DNA of 64,000 bases from Mobula hypostoma (lineage: Eukaryota): positions 81,284,001 through 81,348,000 of the forward strand of contig NC_086108.1 in NCBI RefSeq assembly GCF_963921235.1, given 5' to 3'. The notes beneath the pieces were generated by a model. It was given only the letters and a program-made list of their open reading frames with translations, did not search any database and was not told where the DNA came from. The translations under genes were made by a program, and so were the position numbers. Position 1 is the stretch's first letter; the number at the start of each line of letters is the position of its first letter. This document shows positions 37,050 through 49,659 of the stretch, one piece after another.

Positions 37050-38020
37050 GGAGCTTTGTGCAAATCCAGCAAGGAATCACACCACCAGCCTAGTGTGCAG
37101 AGGTTGCCTGTGAGAGCTGATATTGAACTGGCTGGGCTGAGAAGTGGGGTTCAGGGCTATACCTTGTCAGACACGGTGAGCACAGCCATTCCTAGGGAGC
37201 AGACGCATTCCTTCTATACGTTGACGGGTACATGCCATAACCTCTGCCCTCCACCCTGTGCTGCACCACCTGGAAAATGGTGCCTCATACACCAGGATGC
37301 CGTTTATCGACCAGCTCGGCATTTAATAAGATCATTCGTCAGAAGCCGGTGGGTAAACTGTCCTCGTTGAGTCTCCCCACCTGCCTCTGTAACTGGATCT
37401 TAGATTTCCTGGCAGAAAGACGACAGACTCAGCAGCAAAGTTGTGCTGTGCGTCAGCACCCCCTAGGGCTGCGTGCTCAGCCCACTGCTGACGCGTGACT
37501 GTACTGCCAGATCCAGATCAAACCCAATAACAAGTTCACTGACGACACAACAGTGGTTGGCCTCATCAACAATGACGATGAGATAGTCCTTCCCCCACCC
37601 TCCCCACTGACACTCTCACCACTGAGAGTGTCCTGACCAGCTGCATCTCTACCTGGTATAGGAATTGCAAGGCATCTGACCACAGGACCCTACAAAAGGT
37701 TTGTGAGGAGTGCTGAGAGGATCATCAGGGTCTCTCTTCCAGCCATCCCCATTAGAGATAGTTATCATGCAGGGTCCTTAGCATTGCCAGTGATCCCTCC
37801 CATCCATCCAACCATCTCTTTGACTCACCCTACCACCAGCTAGGAGATCCAGTAGCATCAGGACAAGGACTGTTAGGATGGAAGACAACTTCTTTCCCCA
37901 GGCTATGAGGCTACTCAATTCCCTGCCACCACCCAGATCTCATCACATATAAAGTGTCAGTAGCATTATAATGATTGCTTTTTAACGTGTTGTAAATGCA
38001 TGTTATGCTAAATGTCAATT
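37050..38020 (+). mobile_element. Degenerate Rex1/Babar-like LINE with internal deletions
   Basis: [38 protein letters not shown]. Confidence 0.8.
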
Positions 38021-38069
38021 TTCTGAAACGTATTTTATTATTTACTAATTATTTATTTATTCATTCATT

Positions 38070-38570
38070 CATTTATGGGATGTAGGCATTGCCAGCTAAG
38101 CCAGCATTTATTGCCCATCCCTAGTTGTCCTTGAGAAGATGGTAATGAGCTGCCTTCTTGAACCACTGCAGTCCCTGAGATGTATGTACACCCACAGTGC
38201 TGTTAGGGAGGGAGTTCCATGATTTTGGCCCAGTGACAATGAAGGAACAGCGATATCTTTCTAAGTCAGGATGGTGAGTGACTTAGAGGGAGATTTCCAT
38301 GTGGTGGCGTTCCCAGGTATCTGCTGTTCTCGTCCTTCTAGATGGTAGTGATGTTGGGTCTGGAAGGTGCTGCTTTAGGAACTTTGGTGTGTTGTTGCAA
38401 TGCATCTTGTAGATAGTACACACCGCTGCAACTGTTTGTCGATGGTGGAGGGACTGGATGCTTGTGGGAGGCATACTAATCCAGTTACTGGATGGTGTTA
38501 AGCTTCTTGAGAGTTGATGGAGCTGCACTCATCCAGGCGAGTGGCGAATATTGCATTACACTACTGACCT
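38070..38570 (-). mobile_element. CR1/L2-group LINE 3' end
   Basis: IQSLHHRQTVAAVCTIYKMHC; related decayed 3' ends at ~51340-51590 and ~59990-60145. Confidence 0.7.
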
Positions 38571-38821
38571 GAGCCATCCCATTGTTAGTAATATTACTTT
38601 CTGTTCTGTGTGTGAGTTATATGAACTGTGTTGTGCACGTTGGTCCTGGGAACATTGGGTCATTTGGTGGATGAATGACCATAAACATGAATTTGAACTT
38701 AAACCATTGGGACCCTGCAAATTCTCCCATCATCCCTGGCTGAATGGGATGGGTTACCTTATCTCCTTCTTGTTTGGCTGCACGAAGACATCTCTATTGT
38801 TCATTTCATCACATTCATTTT

Positions 38822-40155
38822 GAGAGCACTAGAGTATAAAAACAAGGCAGTGGTCCCATCACACTTGGAGTATTGTGAACAGCTTTGGGCCCCTTATTGA
38901 AGAAAGGATGGATAGGCATTCAAGACTGTCCAGAGAAAGTACATGAGAATGATCAGTGGAATGAAAGAGTTAATGTATGAGGAGCATTTAATGGCTCTGG
39001 TCCTGTACTTGTTAGAGTTTAGAAGAATGAGAGAGGATTTCTTTGAAACTTATCAAATACTGAAAGACCTAGATAGAGTGGAAATGAAGAAGATATTTCT
39101 AATCATGGGAGAGTCTAGGACCAGAGGAGACAGCCTCAGAATAGAAGGACATCCCTTTAGAAGAAAGATGTGGAGGGATTTCTTTAGCCAGCCAGAGGAG
39201 GGTGAACATGGGGAATTCATTGCCACTGACAGCTGTGGGGGTCAAAGCATTGGGTATATTTAAAGGTTGATAGGTTCTTGTTAGGAAAGGGGGTCAAAGC
39301 TTGCAGGGGAAAGTCAGGAAATAGGTTTGAGAGAGATAATAAATTGCACGACCCAAATTACGTCGGTGGTGCGCAAGTGGAACCGGTCAAAAGCTTTAAG
39401 TTCCTCGGGGTCAATATCACAAATGACCTGACTTGGTCCAACCAAGCAGAGTCCACTGCCAAGAAGGCCCACCAGTGCCTTTACTTGCTGAGAAAGCTAA
39501 AGAAATTTGGCCTGTCCCCTAAAACCCTCACTAAATTTTATAGATGCACCGGAGAAAGCATTCTTCTAGGGTTCATCACAACCTGGTATGGAAGTTGTCC
39601 TGTCCAAGACCGGAAGAAGCTGCAGAAGATCATGGACATAGCCTAGCACATCACACAAACCAATCTTCCGTCCTTGGACTCACTTTACACCGCACGCTGT
39701 CGGAGCAGTACTGCCAGGATAATCAAGGACACGACCCACCCAGCCAACACACTTTTCGTCCCTCTTCCCTCGGGGAGAAGGCTCTGGAGCTTGAAGACTC
39801 GTATGGCCAGATTTGGGAACAGCCTCTTTCCAACTGTGATAAGACTGCTGAACAGATCCTGACCCGGATCTGGGCTGTACCCTCCAAATATACGGACCTG
39901 CCTCTCGGTTTTTTTTTTGCACTACCTTACTTTCCCTTTTCTATTTTCTATTTATGATTTATAATTTAAATTTTTAATATTTACTATCGATTTGTAATCC
40001 AGGTAGCGCAAAGCGCAGAATCAAATATCGCTGTGATGATTGTACGCTCTAGTATCAATTGTTTGGCGACAATAAAGTAAAGCAAAGTAAATTAGCTGTG
40101 ATTGAATGGCATAGCAGAATCAATGGGCTGAATGGCTTTTATGTCTTATGGTCTG
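38822..40155 (+). mobile_element. CR1 3' fragment (38822-39345 and 40090-40155) interrupted by a Rex1 fragment
   Basis: LEFRRMREDFFETYQILK; the UTR resumes after the insert. Confidence 0.85.
39346..40090 (+). mobile_element. Rex1/Babar LINE 3' fragment
   Basis: VKSFKFLGVNITNDLTWS, KKAHQCLYLLRKLKKFG, LFVPLPSGRR; (aaagt)n-like tail. Confidence 0.9.
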
Positions 40156-41429
40156 CGGAGGTAAGCTCATACCTTTGGGCTGAGGAGTGTCAATTAGCCA
40201 CGCAAAGGGTAGGGAAGGAAGTAGAGGGTTGGGGTATTGAAGTATTTTCCATCACAGCCAACAGGAGGTGATGATAGAGGAGGTTTAACAACACAGACTG
40301 CAGGAAATGTTAATCCCTGACAATGGCCCATACTCCAGCTATGGAGCACCCCGATACCTACAACCCAGTGCTGAGCAGCCACATCACTCACACCAACCTG
40401 CTCAACTGAAGCCCTCACAGAGAACTTCCCCCAACTAATCCATGCCCAGTTCATTGCAGGGGGAGCCCAGGAGGACCGGTTCCAAGTAACCAGGTTCTCA
40501 GTACAGAAGCAAGCAGTCCCAACAGGTGTTCTTCACAAAGAACAGCCAGGCATGAGTGTTCATGCTGGAGGACTGAGAGCACATATCAACGCTCTGTGAG
40601 GTGGCGGCGGGATGCCAGTGTAGGAATGATACCAGAGTCCCAACATTTCCTTTTAATTAATTGCTAACCGTAATTTGATCTCATCTTCTATCTTCTCTCT
40701 TCTGTGATTAGCCATGAACTCCATCTTGTTTTCACAATCACACTTCGCGGAATTTCTTCCCCAGTTAGTTGGGATGAAATTTGTGCCTGTAGACCATAAA
40801 CACTTAAGCAATAGTGTGGTAATGAGCAGGATAGGATTCCCAGGGGAAAGCAACGTATTGGTCACAGAATGGATGGAATTAATCTTCGGTATGAACATTT
40901 GAAATCATATCAGGTGCTGCTAGGAAACATTTTGTAATGGGGTCAGTTTTATTAGGAAGGATGGAACTGAATTTTCTCAAAAACATTAGGATCAACATTT
41001 TAAAGCTTTATGCATTGAGATTGTTTCTGGATTTATGTGAGAGTGAAATCAATCTATGATTGTATCTTATTGATATGAATTATTTAAAATTAAACATTTT
41101 TAAACATTTCATGAGTTTTTGCCAAAAATAACTTAATCTGTATGTGAACACGAGAAATTCAGAGCACTATTATTTTTTATTTGCACAGTTTGTCTTCTTT
41201 TGCATATTGATTGTTTGTCAGTTTTCATTTATATGCAGATTTTTTTCATAAATTCTAGTGTACTTCTTTTTTTCATTAATGCCTGCAAGAAAGTGAATCT
41301 CAAGGTGGTACATGGTACCATGCACATATAAATTTACTTTGAACTTCTGAGTAGTCTACCAGAGCCCTCGGTCGTAGGCTAGACGCGAAGAATGCAGCTC
41401 AGTTAATGTCAGCCGTGCTGTAGCTGGCT

Positions 41430-41605
41430 ACTCTTGCACTCCTGAATAAACAGGAACCACATATGGTGAGCATGAATTGCTGAGAGAGGTGCTTTAACCC
41501 TTGCCCTGCTGAGTAAACAAAAATTGTATGTGGTTACACAAATAGTGCAATAAGGACTTTAACCCTTGATCTCCTGAATAAACAGAAAGTATGCAAGTTA
41601 CACGT
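41430..41605. repeat. Degenerate three-unit tandem repeat, period 65-67 bp
   Basis: ctgaRtaaaca at 41442, 41509 and 41574; units 2 and 3 also share ctttaacccttg and gtatg...gttacac. Confidence 0.7.
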
Positions 41606-42369
41606 GTTATCCTTCATGCTTATTTTTAACTACTCCATTCTTTGCTGAATAATGTTGGCATTAAAGTCCATTCAGCATAGGAATTCCAGGATGAAAGTTC
41701 ACTGACCTGAATTGCCTGCTTTTTCTTGCTCCACAGATGCTGACTGACTTCTGAGCATTTTGAATGTTATTTATCTTTGTTCTAGTTGCTGATTTTTCCC
41801 ATTTATCCTGTTAGTAATTCTGGAATGTTTCATGCTGCCCCTGGTAATTCTGAAGTGCAGCACTTACAGAACAGGCTGCAAGGCAGAGAATGCTGCCACC
41901 AGCTTTAGTTTCATCCGCACACTTGGTTTGCCACTGAGAAAAAGCAGGTACACTGGCTTAGGGTCGGTAGTTGTGCTTCACAAAGTAACTTTTGCTTCAT
42001 GAAGTAAATTGCTAAGAAACTCTACTATTTCTTAAATGATATAATATTTGTGCTCTCTAGATCAGGGAGGAACCTTTAACAGTAAAGATTGACGCAATTG
42101 CTTTACAAACCATCAACTTGTTCAATATGTTAGTTACAACCTCAAAATATTCCAAAACATTTGTCAAAGATGACTTGACATGCTATTAAGAGAAGTGAAG
42201 GAACATACTAGACCAAAGAACGAAGCTAATAACATTGCCAACCAAAACATTAAGACTGGGGATTGAGAAAATTTCAGAATTCAGAAAAGGATGACCAAGA
42301 CACCGATAAGGAAAATGGAACGATAGTACAAGAGTAGAAACAGAACCATACTGTAAAAGATTCTTTAAA

Positions 42370-42750
42370 TATCATCATCATCATCATCATTATGTGCCAT
42401 GTCCTATGACATGGGCAGTCATCGTCCCTATCCATAGCCATGATCATTCCTGGCAAATTTTTCTACAGAAGTAGTTTGCCATTGCCTTCTGGGCAGTGTC
42501 TTTACAAGATAGGTGACCCCAGCCATTATCAATATCAAATTATCAGTGGTCATGTAACCAGGACTTGTGATACGTTTATGCACCAGCTGCTTATACGACC
42601 ATTCACACCAGCTGCCATGACTTCATGTGACCCTGACTGGGGGGCTGAGGAGGTGCTACACCTTGCCCAAGGGTGACCTGCAGTCTAGTGGAGAGAAGGA
42701 GTGCCTTACACCTCCTTTGGTTGAGACGTATCTCTACCCTGCCACTCATA
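42370..42750 (-). mobile_element. SINE-like, probably RTE-related, element with (atc)n tail
   Basis: (atc)n run at 42369-42390 followed by agaagtagtttgccattgccttc and ccttgcccaagggtgacc. Confidence 0.5.
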
Positions 42751-43099
42751 CAAATATACAAATGAGAAAAATATAAGCAAAATTTATTGAAGGTTCCTTG
42801 GAAACCGAGGCAGGAGATACTAAATTGGAAACAAAAAATTGCAGGGAAATGAAACAAATGTATTGTGCTTGACTGCAAGAAAAAGAACAAAATTTCTTGG
42901 AAATAATAAAGAACCACGGGTCAAGAGAAAATGAAATAATCAAAGAAATTAGAATCCTTAAAAACAATTGGGAAATTAATGGGAATAAACTTCAGTAAGT
43001 CCCAGAACCTGATGTTCAGTATCCTAGGATATTTAAGGAGCTAGCTTGGAGACAATAGAAACGTGAATCATCGGTCCAAAATCCCACAAATTCTAGAAC

Positions 43100-43300
43100 A
43101 AAAATCAAACTGCTGGACAACTTAGCAGATCAAGCAGCATCTGCTGGGGGAGAGGAAATGTTGATATTTCAGATCAAGACACTGCATCAGTTCTACTGGA
43201 GGGGTCTTGTACCAAACAGTAACAATTTTTGTCCCTCCACAGTTGCTGTTTGACTCACTCAGTTCCTCCAGCAGTCAGATTCCATCATCTGAAGTCTCTT
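43100..43300. repeat. Old, short inverted pair of PLE terminal sequence
   Basis: actgctggacaacttagcagatcaagcagcatctg versus cagttgctgtttgactcactcagttcctccagcagt. Confidence 0.65.
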
Positions 43301-44053
43301 GAATCTCCCACAGATTAGGAGGTAGAAAATGTTAGCCCAATACTTTTGAAAGGAAAGGGAGAGAGAAAGAAAAAAAATAGAATATAAAGATCAAATTGCC
43401 TGACATTAGCACTAGAGAAAATACTGGAATCCATGGAAATGCTAAACAAGGCAGTTAGTAAATAATAAGATAGTGCAGAATCAATGTGGATTTAAAACAT
43501 GGAAAACATATTTTGCAGATCTGCTAAAGTTTTTAGAAATTGTGATTAGTAGGATAGATAAGAACAAATGAGTTGATGTGGTATATTTTGACCTTCAGAA
43601 AGCCTTTGATAAGGAACCACAGTCGAGATTGTAAATTAAAAACAGAGCACAAGGTATTTGTGGTAATACACAGATGTGTATTTAGGACTGGCTAAAGGGT
43701 AGAAAGTAGCAATAGAAAATGGTTAGTTTTCAGACTGTGAGACTGTGACCAGTGGGATGACATTGGGATTGTTGGCAGTGTCCCATTTCAATGTCAATGA
43801 TTTGGATGAGGAGATCAAGTGTTACATATCCAAGTTTCCTGATGATACAAAGTTTAAGCTAACAGAAGAACGTAGGGAAGCAGGTTAAGTAATGGTTAGC
43901 TAATGGCTGATGGAATGTAATGAAAAGAAAAGTATGACCATCCACTATGATAGAGAAAATGGAAAGGCAGAGTATTATTTTTAATCGTGAGACATTAAAA
44001 GGTGTTGTTCAGAAGGATCTGGGTGTCCTTGTACTCAAATCACTGAAAGTTAA

Positions 44054-44560
44054 TAGTCATAGTCATAGTCATAGTCATAGTCATACTTTATTGATCCCGG
44101 GGGAAATTGGTTTTCGTTACAGTTGCACCATAAATAATTAAATAGTAATAAAACCATAAATAGTTAAATAGTAATATGTAAATTATGCCAGGAAGTAAGT
44201 CCAGGACCAGCCTATTTGCTCAGGGTGTCTGACCCTCCAAGGGAGGAGTTGTAAAGTTTGATGGCCACAGGCAGGAATGACTTCCTATGACGTTCTGTGT
44301 TGCATCTCGGTGGAATGAGTCTCTGGCTGAATGTACTCCTGTGCCCAACCAGTACATTATGTACTGGATGGGAGACATTGTCCAAGATGGCATGCAACTT
44401 GGACAGCATCCTCTTTTCAGACACCACCGTCAGAGAGTCCAGTTCCATCCCCACAACATCACTGACCTTACGAATGAGTTTGTTGATTCTGTTAGTGTCT
44501 GCTACCCTCAGCCTGCTGCCCCAGCACACAACAGCAAACATGATCGCACTGGCCACCACA
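44054..44560 (-). mobile_element. Rex1/Babar LINE 3' fragment with (agtcat)n tail
   Basis: ORF 44212-44559: VVASAIMFAVVCWG, RINKLIRK, TERHRKSFLPVAIKLYN; five agtcat units. Confidence 0.88.
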
Positions 44561-44850
44561 GGTAAATAGCAGGTATAGTAAGCAATTTTAAAGGTAAATG
44601 GCGTGATAACTTTAATTGTGGAGAGAGTTCAGTATATTGAAAAAGACATTTACTGCAATTATATATGGCTCTGGTGAGATGACATCCTACACAACCTAAG
44701 GAAGTAAATATTTGCCATAATGGGAGTGAAATTAAGGTTCTACAGATTGATTCCTCAGATGGTGAAGATTTAATCCCTTGTGGAGAAATTGGGGAATCCG
44801 TGATCTGTTTCTGCTTCTGGTGAAGAATAAAAGTGACTAAATGTAACACT

Positions 44851-45420
44851 TACACACACTGGCTATTTTATTAGAAAACTCCTGTATCTAATAAAGTGGC
44901 CACTGAGTGTATGTTCATGGTTTCCTGCTGCTGTAGCCCATGCTCTTCAAGGTTGGACAAGTTGTGCATTCATAGATGCTTGTTCGCACACTGCTGTTTT
45001 AACGTGTGGTTATTTGAGTTACTGTCACCTTCCTGTCAGCTAGAACCAGTCTGGCCACTCTCCTCTGACATCTCTCATTAACAAGGTATTTTGCTCACAG
45101 AACTGCTTCTCACTTTTTTTAGGTTTGTTTGTTTTTCATGCCTTTCTATATAACTCTGGAAACTATTGTGCAAAAAATCCCAGGAGATCAGCAGTTTCTG
45201 AGATACTTAAATCACCCCATCTAGCAACAATGATCATTGCATGGTCAAAGTCACTTGGATCACATTTCTTCCTCATTCTGATGTTTGGTCTGAATAACAA
45301 CTGAACCTGTGGACCATGGTTGCATGCTTTTATGCATTGAATTGTTGCCTTATGATTGCTTGATAAGATATTTGCATTAATGAGCACATGTACATGTTTT
45401 TCTAATAAAGTCGCCATTGA
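44851..45420 (-). mobile_element. Non-autonomous Tc1 derivative retaining the transposase N-terminus
   Basis: MRKKCDPSDFDHAMIIVARWGDLSISETADLLGF (HTH region). TIR-like ctaataaagtggccactgagtgta at 44888-44911, a similar copy at ~45402-45420, and an opposed copy at 44851-44874. Confidence 0.85.
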
Positions 45421-46039
45421 AAGACATTGGACAGAACCATCAACGTTTTCCTTTGTAAAGAGAGAATAGTGGATATTATGTCATGGTGGAATGAAAGAAG
45501 TGGGGAATACAAATTGGAGTCCTATCCAAACCACATAATTTTCTTCCTTATCTAGTGAACCTCTGTCACCCACCAAAATAATTTGTGATGTGTCCCCGAG
45601 AATACTTCATGCAGGTACCACACGAATCTTTGTTGCCCCTAAAATTGTTGGTCCACCTTCAGATACTGTTGAAGGATGTATGTAAGCATCTCCTTCTCAA
45701 AGTATGGGGGTGACACCAAACACCCATCAACCTCAGATGCGGCCATTTGACAGGAATGCTCTTCTATGTGTTTCTAAGGCATAAATCAATGATCTAGAGT
45801 ACAGTATCAATTTAGATAATTAGTTATGAACTTTAAAAAAAAATTGTATTGGTTGTTCAAATTTATATTAACGGATAGGAAAGGATTTCTGTGGTTGTTT
45901 ATCCACTGTCGTGGTAGTTGAGAGGAAAAGCTCTGGCAAGAACCTGCAGTGGAATGATTAGTCGTATTACTATTTTTCAATCCACCTATATTAGAATAGA
46001 AGTGATTTTCTGAAATGACTACCTTAATGGCAATTTATT

Positions 46040-46330
46040 TCTTGCTTGCTTGGTCAATATATCCAATGATAACTGAGCCATTAAGACCAGTGAAATTCCT
46101 GATCTCAACTGAAATTAGGCAAACAGAAGTAAGGGTGACCAGCACGCCTGAGTTAGGCCGGTGGTAAGATGAGCAGAGGTCTTGTACCTGATAGGCATCT
46201 GACAGCATCTGCTTGAAGTGAATGTGTGGGCACATTGCATGTATTGGAAGCTGGATCAGTTATATTCGTAATCTATTCTCAGTCATAGATCAAACCCACG
46301 TGAGAATCCCTGGTGGGTAACCATAACTTG
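46040..46330 (+). mobile_element. Possible ancient LF-SINE-like element
   Basis: Ordered blocks actgagccattaagaccag, ctgatctca, cctgat, tctgcttgaagtgaatgtgtg and cacgtgagaat resemble the LF-SINE consensus as I recall it. Confidence 0.4.
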
Positions 46331-48344
46331 AAAATCTGTGCTTCAACAAGACAATATTTTGGGGGAAGGAGGAAGGTAATTAGATGGGTGAGGTAAATAG
46401 CTATCCATGTTGTACAATATACGTAAAACTTCCCGATGTATTGCATGCATAGCAAATAACTTACTAAAAATAGTCTGTCAATAATTATCAAACAGCTATT
46501 TGGTGTTTGAGGTTCATGCAAGATTTCAGGCATCTGCACCCTAACTTTTGATTTACTCATTGTTATTCACAACATTGTTTGTCATTAATATTTATGACCT
46601 TACACCTTACTTTATACAGGTACTTTATGCAAAGTTTAAAAGCTTTCACGCTGTTATAATAATCATTAAAAGGAAATAGGCCACATGCATCAGCCTGAAC
46701 CAAATCTATTCCTGATTCTCTGAGTGCCCTGCTCTCAAAAGTTGCATCATTCACAACACTGGGAAAGCACTTTAATCTTTTAATTTGCATTTTTCATGAT
46801 CAGAAGCACAGAAAAACATACACTGACCCTGACTGAAAATGGCACAAATGGAATCTCAACATATTTCCCTGCTATACATTGCAAAAATGGTTCCGTTCGC
46901 ATTTCAAATGATACCACCCCCCGTTTCATTTTAAGCTTTTGGATAATCATGTGGAACATACAATTTACAACGGCAAACAGATACAGTGAAAAAAATTCAA
47001 AGTTTTTTGGCCTTTGGTAACTAAATTGAACATTAAAAAGAGCTTACCAATCCCCTCTTCTTTCAACTCAGTTCATAGCCACCAAGATATGGCACTCCAC
47101 ATTGTGGGTACTAGCAGATCACGGAACAGTTGGCAGAAATAGCCACAGAGGTATTAAGGAAGCCAAAGAATGTGGAGATAAAATGCATACAGTTCTGTTC
47201 ACATGAGAACTCGTGCCAAAAATAAGAAAAACACAGCGATGAGTCATTGCTACAGAATTACATCCAGATAGGCCCAATAAGTTTCTTCAGACCTGAGCCT
47301 TGAGCCCGCTCAGATTCGGAGGCAGAATAATAATAATGAAATGTATTATTATTTTTAAACCAGTGAAGAATCCAGGACACATACTTTGTAACATGATAAC
47401 CAATTCAATGGCTTCCTGTAGAAGCTGTATTTTCTTCCCTTTGTGTAATATTTTATAATAAGGTATTATTTTGTCTATGAGCTTTAATCAAAGAGGAAGC
47501 ACATGTTCCAAACAAAACAGATGTGGGCCCAAAGATGTTTCTAATTTCCACTCAAATGATTTGAGCCTATAAAATGCAGTATCCTTTTTAAATTAAAATG
47601 CGAGTCAGTGTACAAATTGCCCAAGTGCGAGAAAAAATTGTTGCCTGCGCGCATATATTCTTCTGCGTGCACTTTATATACCTATATATTTTTTAAAGAC
47701 CTGTCTGCTTTTATTATTTATGGAACGAAACATTTGCCACTATGCTCCATCCAGTATCAATATCATGTGTGAGACACAGCCTAAGTTAAATGGCACCGGA
47801 AACCTCATTTGCTGCGCCAGAATAGCATGGCTTCAACCCAACCTCGCACAAGGATCCTCCTGCACCAGGAGGGGAGTTTTAGTTCTATGAATCCTCTCAT
47901 GAAGGCACCAATTACAGAAATGATGCTGGGAGTTCAAATACATTCGGACCAGAATTGGGCTTCAGTCGGATTTAATCCTGGTGGTTTCAGTCGGGCTCAA
48001 TCCCAGGGGTGGTAGTGGAAGCAAATGTGATAGAGGTGTTTAAGGGGCTCTTGGATAGGTACATGAATGTGCTGAGAATGGAGGGATATGGACATCATCT
48101 AGGCAGAAGGGATTAGTTTAGTTAGGCATTTAATTACAAGTTTAATCAATCCGGCACAACACCACGGGCCAAAGTCCCTTTACCTGTGCTGTTCTGCTTT
48201 ACCTCAGGAATGTAAAACTGTAGAAGCAAGTTTCTAACTTGTTATGGTCCTTGCACTTTGCTTATCACCTGCACGGCTCTTCCTGTGTAGCTCTAACACT
48301 ATAGTATGCATTCTTCTTTACTTTTTACTACATCTTGGTACTTA

Positions 48345-48960
48345 CATAGAACATAGAATAGTACAGCACAATACAGGCCCTTTGGCCCACAAGGTTGTGC
48401 CGTCCCTTAATCCCTGCCTCCCATATAACCCCCCAGCCTTAAATTCCTCCATATACCTGTCTAGTCGTCTCTTAAATTTCACTAGTGTATCTGCCTCCAC
48501 CACTGACTCAGGCAGTGCATTCTACGCACCAACCACTCTCTGAGTAAAAAACCTTCCTCAAATATCCCCCTTGAACTTCCCACCCCTTACCTTAAAGCCA
48601 TGCCCTCTTGTATTGAGCAGTGGTGCCCTGCGGAAGAGGCATTGGCTGTCCACTCTATCTATTCCTCTTAATATCTTGTATACCTCTATCATGTCTCCTC
48701 TCATCCTCCTTCTCTCCAGAGACTAAAGCCCTAGCTCCCTTAATCTCTGATCATAATGCATACTCTCTAAACTAGGCAGCATCCTGGTAAATCTCCTCTG
48801 TACCCTTTCCAATGCTTCCACATCCCTCCTATAGTGAGGTGACCAGAACTGGACACAGTACTCCAAGTGTGGCCTAACCAGAGTTTTATAGAGCTGCATC
48901 ATTACATCGCAACTCTTAAACTCTATCCTTCAACTTATGAAAGCTAACACCCATAAGCTC
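48345..48960 (-). mobile_element. CR1 3' fragment
   Basis: catagaacatagaatagtacagcaca tail; gaccagaactggacacagtactccaagtgtggcctaacc is the reverse complement of VRPHLEYCVQFWS. Confidence 0.9.
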
Positions 48961-48979
48961 CTTTCTTACATATATCTGT

Positions 48980-49470
48980 CTGGAGGAGCAACACCTTATT
49001 TTCCTTTTGGGTAGCTTCTAACCTAATAGCATGAATATCATTTTCTCAAACTTCTGCTAGTTGCACCCCCCTCCACCATTCCCAAACCCATTTCCTTCTC
49101 TTACCTCATCTCCTTATCAGCCCATCACCTCCCACTGGTGCTCCGTTTCCTTCCCTTTCTTCCATGGTCCTCTACCCTGTCCTATCAAATTCCCCTTCTC
49201 CAGCCTTTTATCTGTTTCACCAATCAGCTTCCCAGCTCTTTACTTCATCCCTCCCTCTCTCCTGGTTTCACCTACCAGCTACAATCTTGTATTTCTTCCT
49301 CCTGTCCCCCCACCTTCTTGCTCTAACTTCACATCTTTTTGTCCAGTCCTGATGAAGGGTCTTGGCCTGAAACATCAACTGCTTACTATTTTCCATAGGT
49401 GCTATTTGGCCTGCTGAGTTCCTCCAGCATTTTGTGCATGTGGCTTGGATTTCCAGCATCTGCGGATTTC
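48980..49470 (+). mobile_element. Penelope-like element 3' end: GIY-YIG C-terminus, pyrimidine-rich UTR and terminus with hammerhead
   Basis: 48980-49060 translates LEEQHLIFLLGSF*PNSMNIIFSNFC*. CTGATGAAGGGTCTTGGCCTGAAACATC at 49349-49376. Confidence 0.85.
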
Positions 49471-49659
49471 CTTATCTTTAAATAATACCAATACCAGACT
49501 TCTGTGAATATTTTCTTGTCCACCAGTCTCTGCTGCACTGGGAAAGTATGGAAGTGCTGGATATAATGGTAATTATTCTCAGGTGCCTTGATTATTCTAC
49601 CAGATTCATTGGAGATACCCGAGACTAAAATTCCCCTGCTATATTCTAATATCCTCCTG

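Larger units (their letters stand above)
42960..44790 (+). mobile_element. Degenerate CR1 ORF2, interrupted by a PLE pair (43100-43300) and a Rex1 fragment (44054-44560)
   Basis: gaccttcagaaagcctttgataagg (DLQKAFDK), aagtttcctgatgatacaaag (KFPDDTK), QKDLGVLV. Confidence 0.8.

Noticed and set aside
38193..38230. CACAGTG heptamers as possible V(D)J recombination signals (also at 10741, 19990, 34704 and 57567)
   Set aside because: All lie inside transposons, lack a correctly spaced nonamer, and have no adjacent V or J segment.
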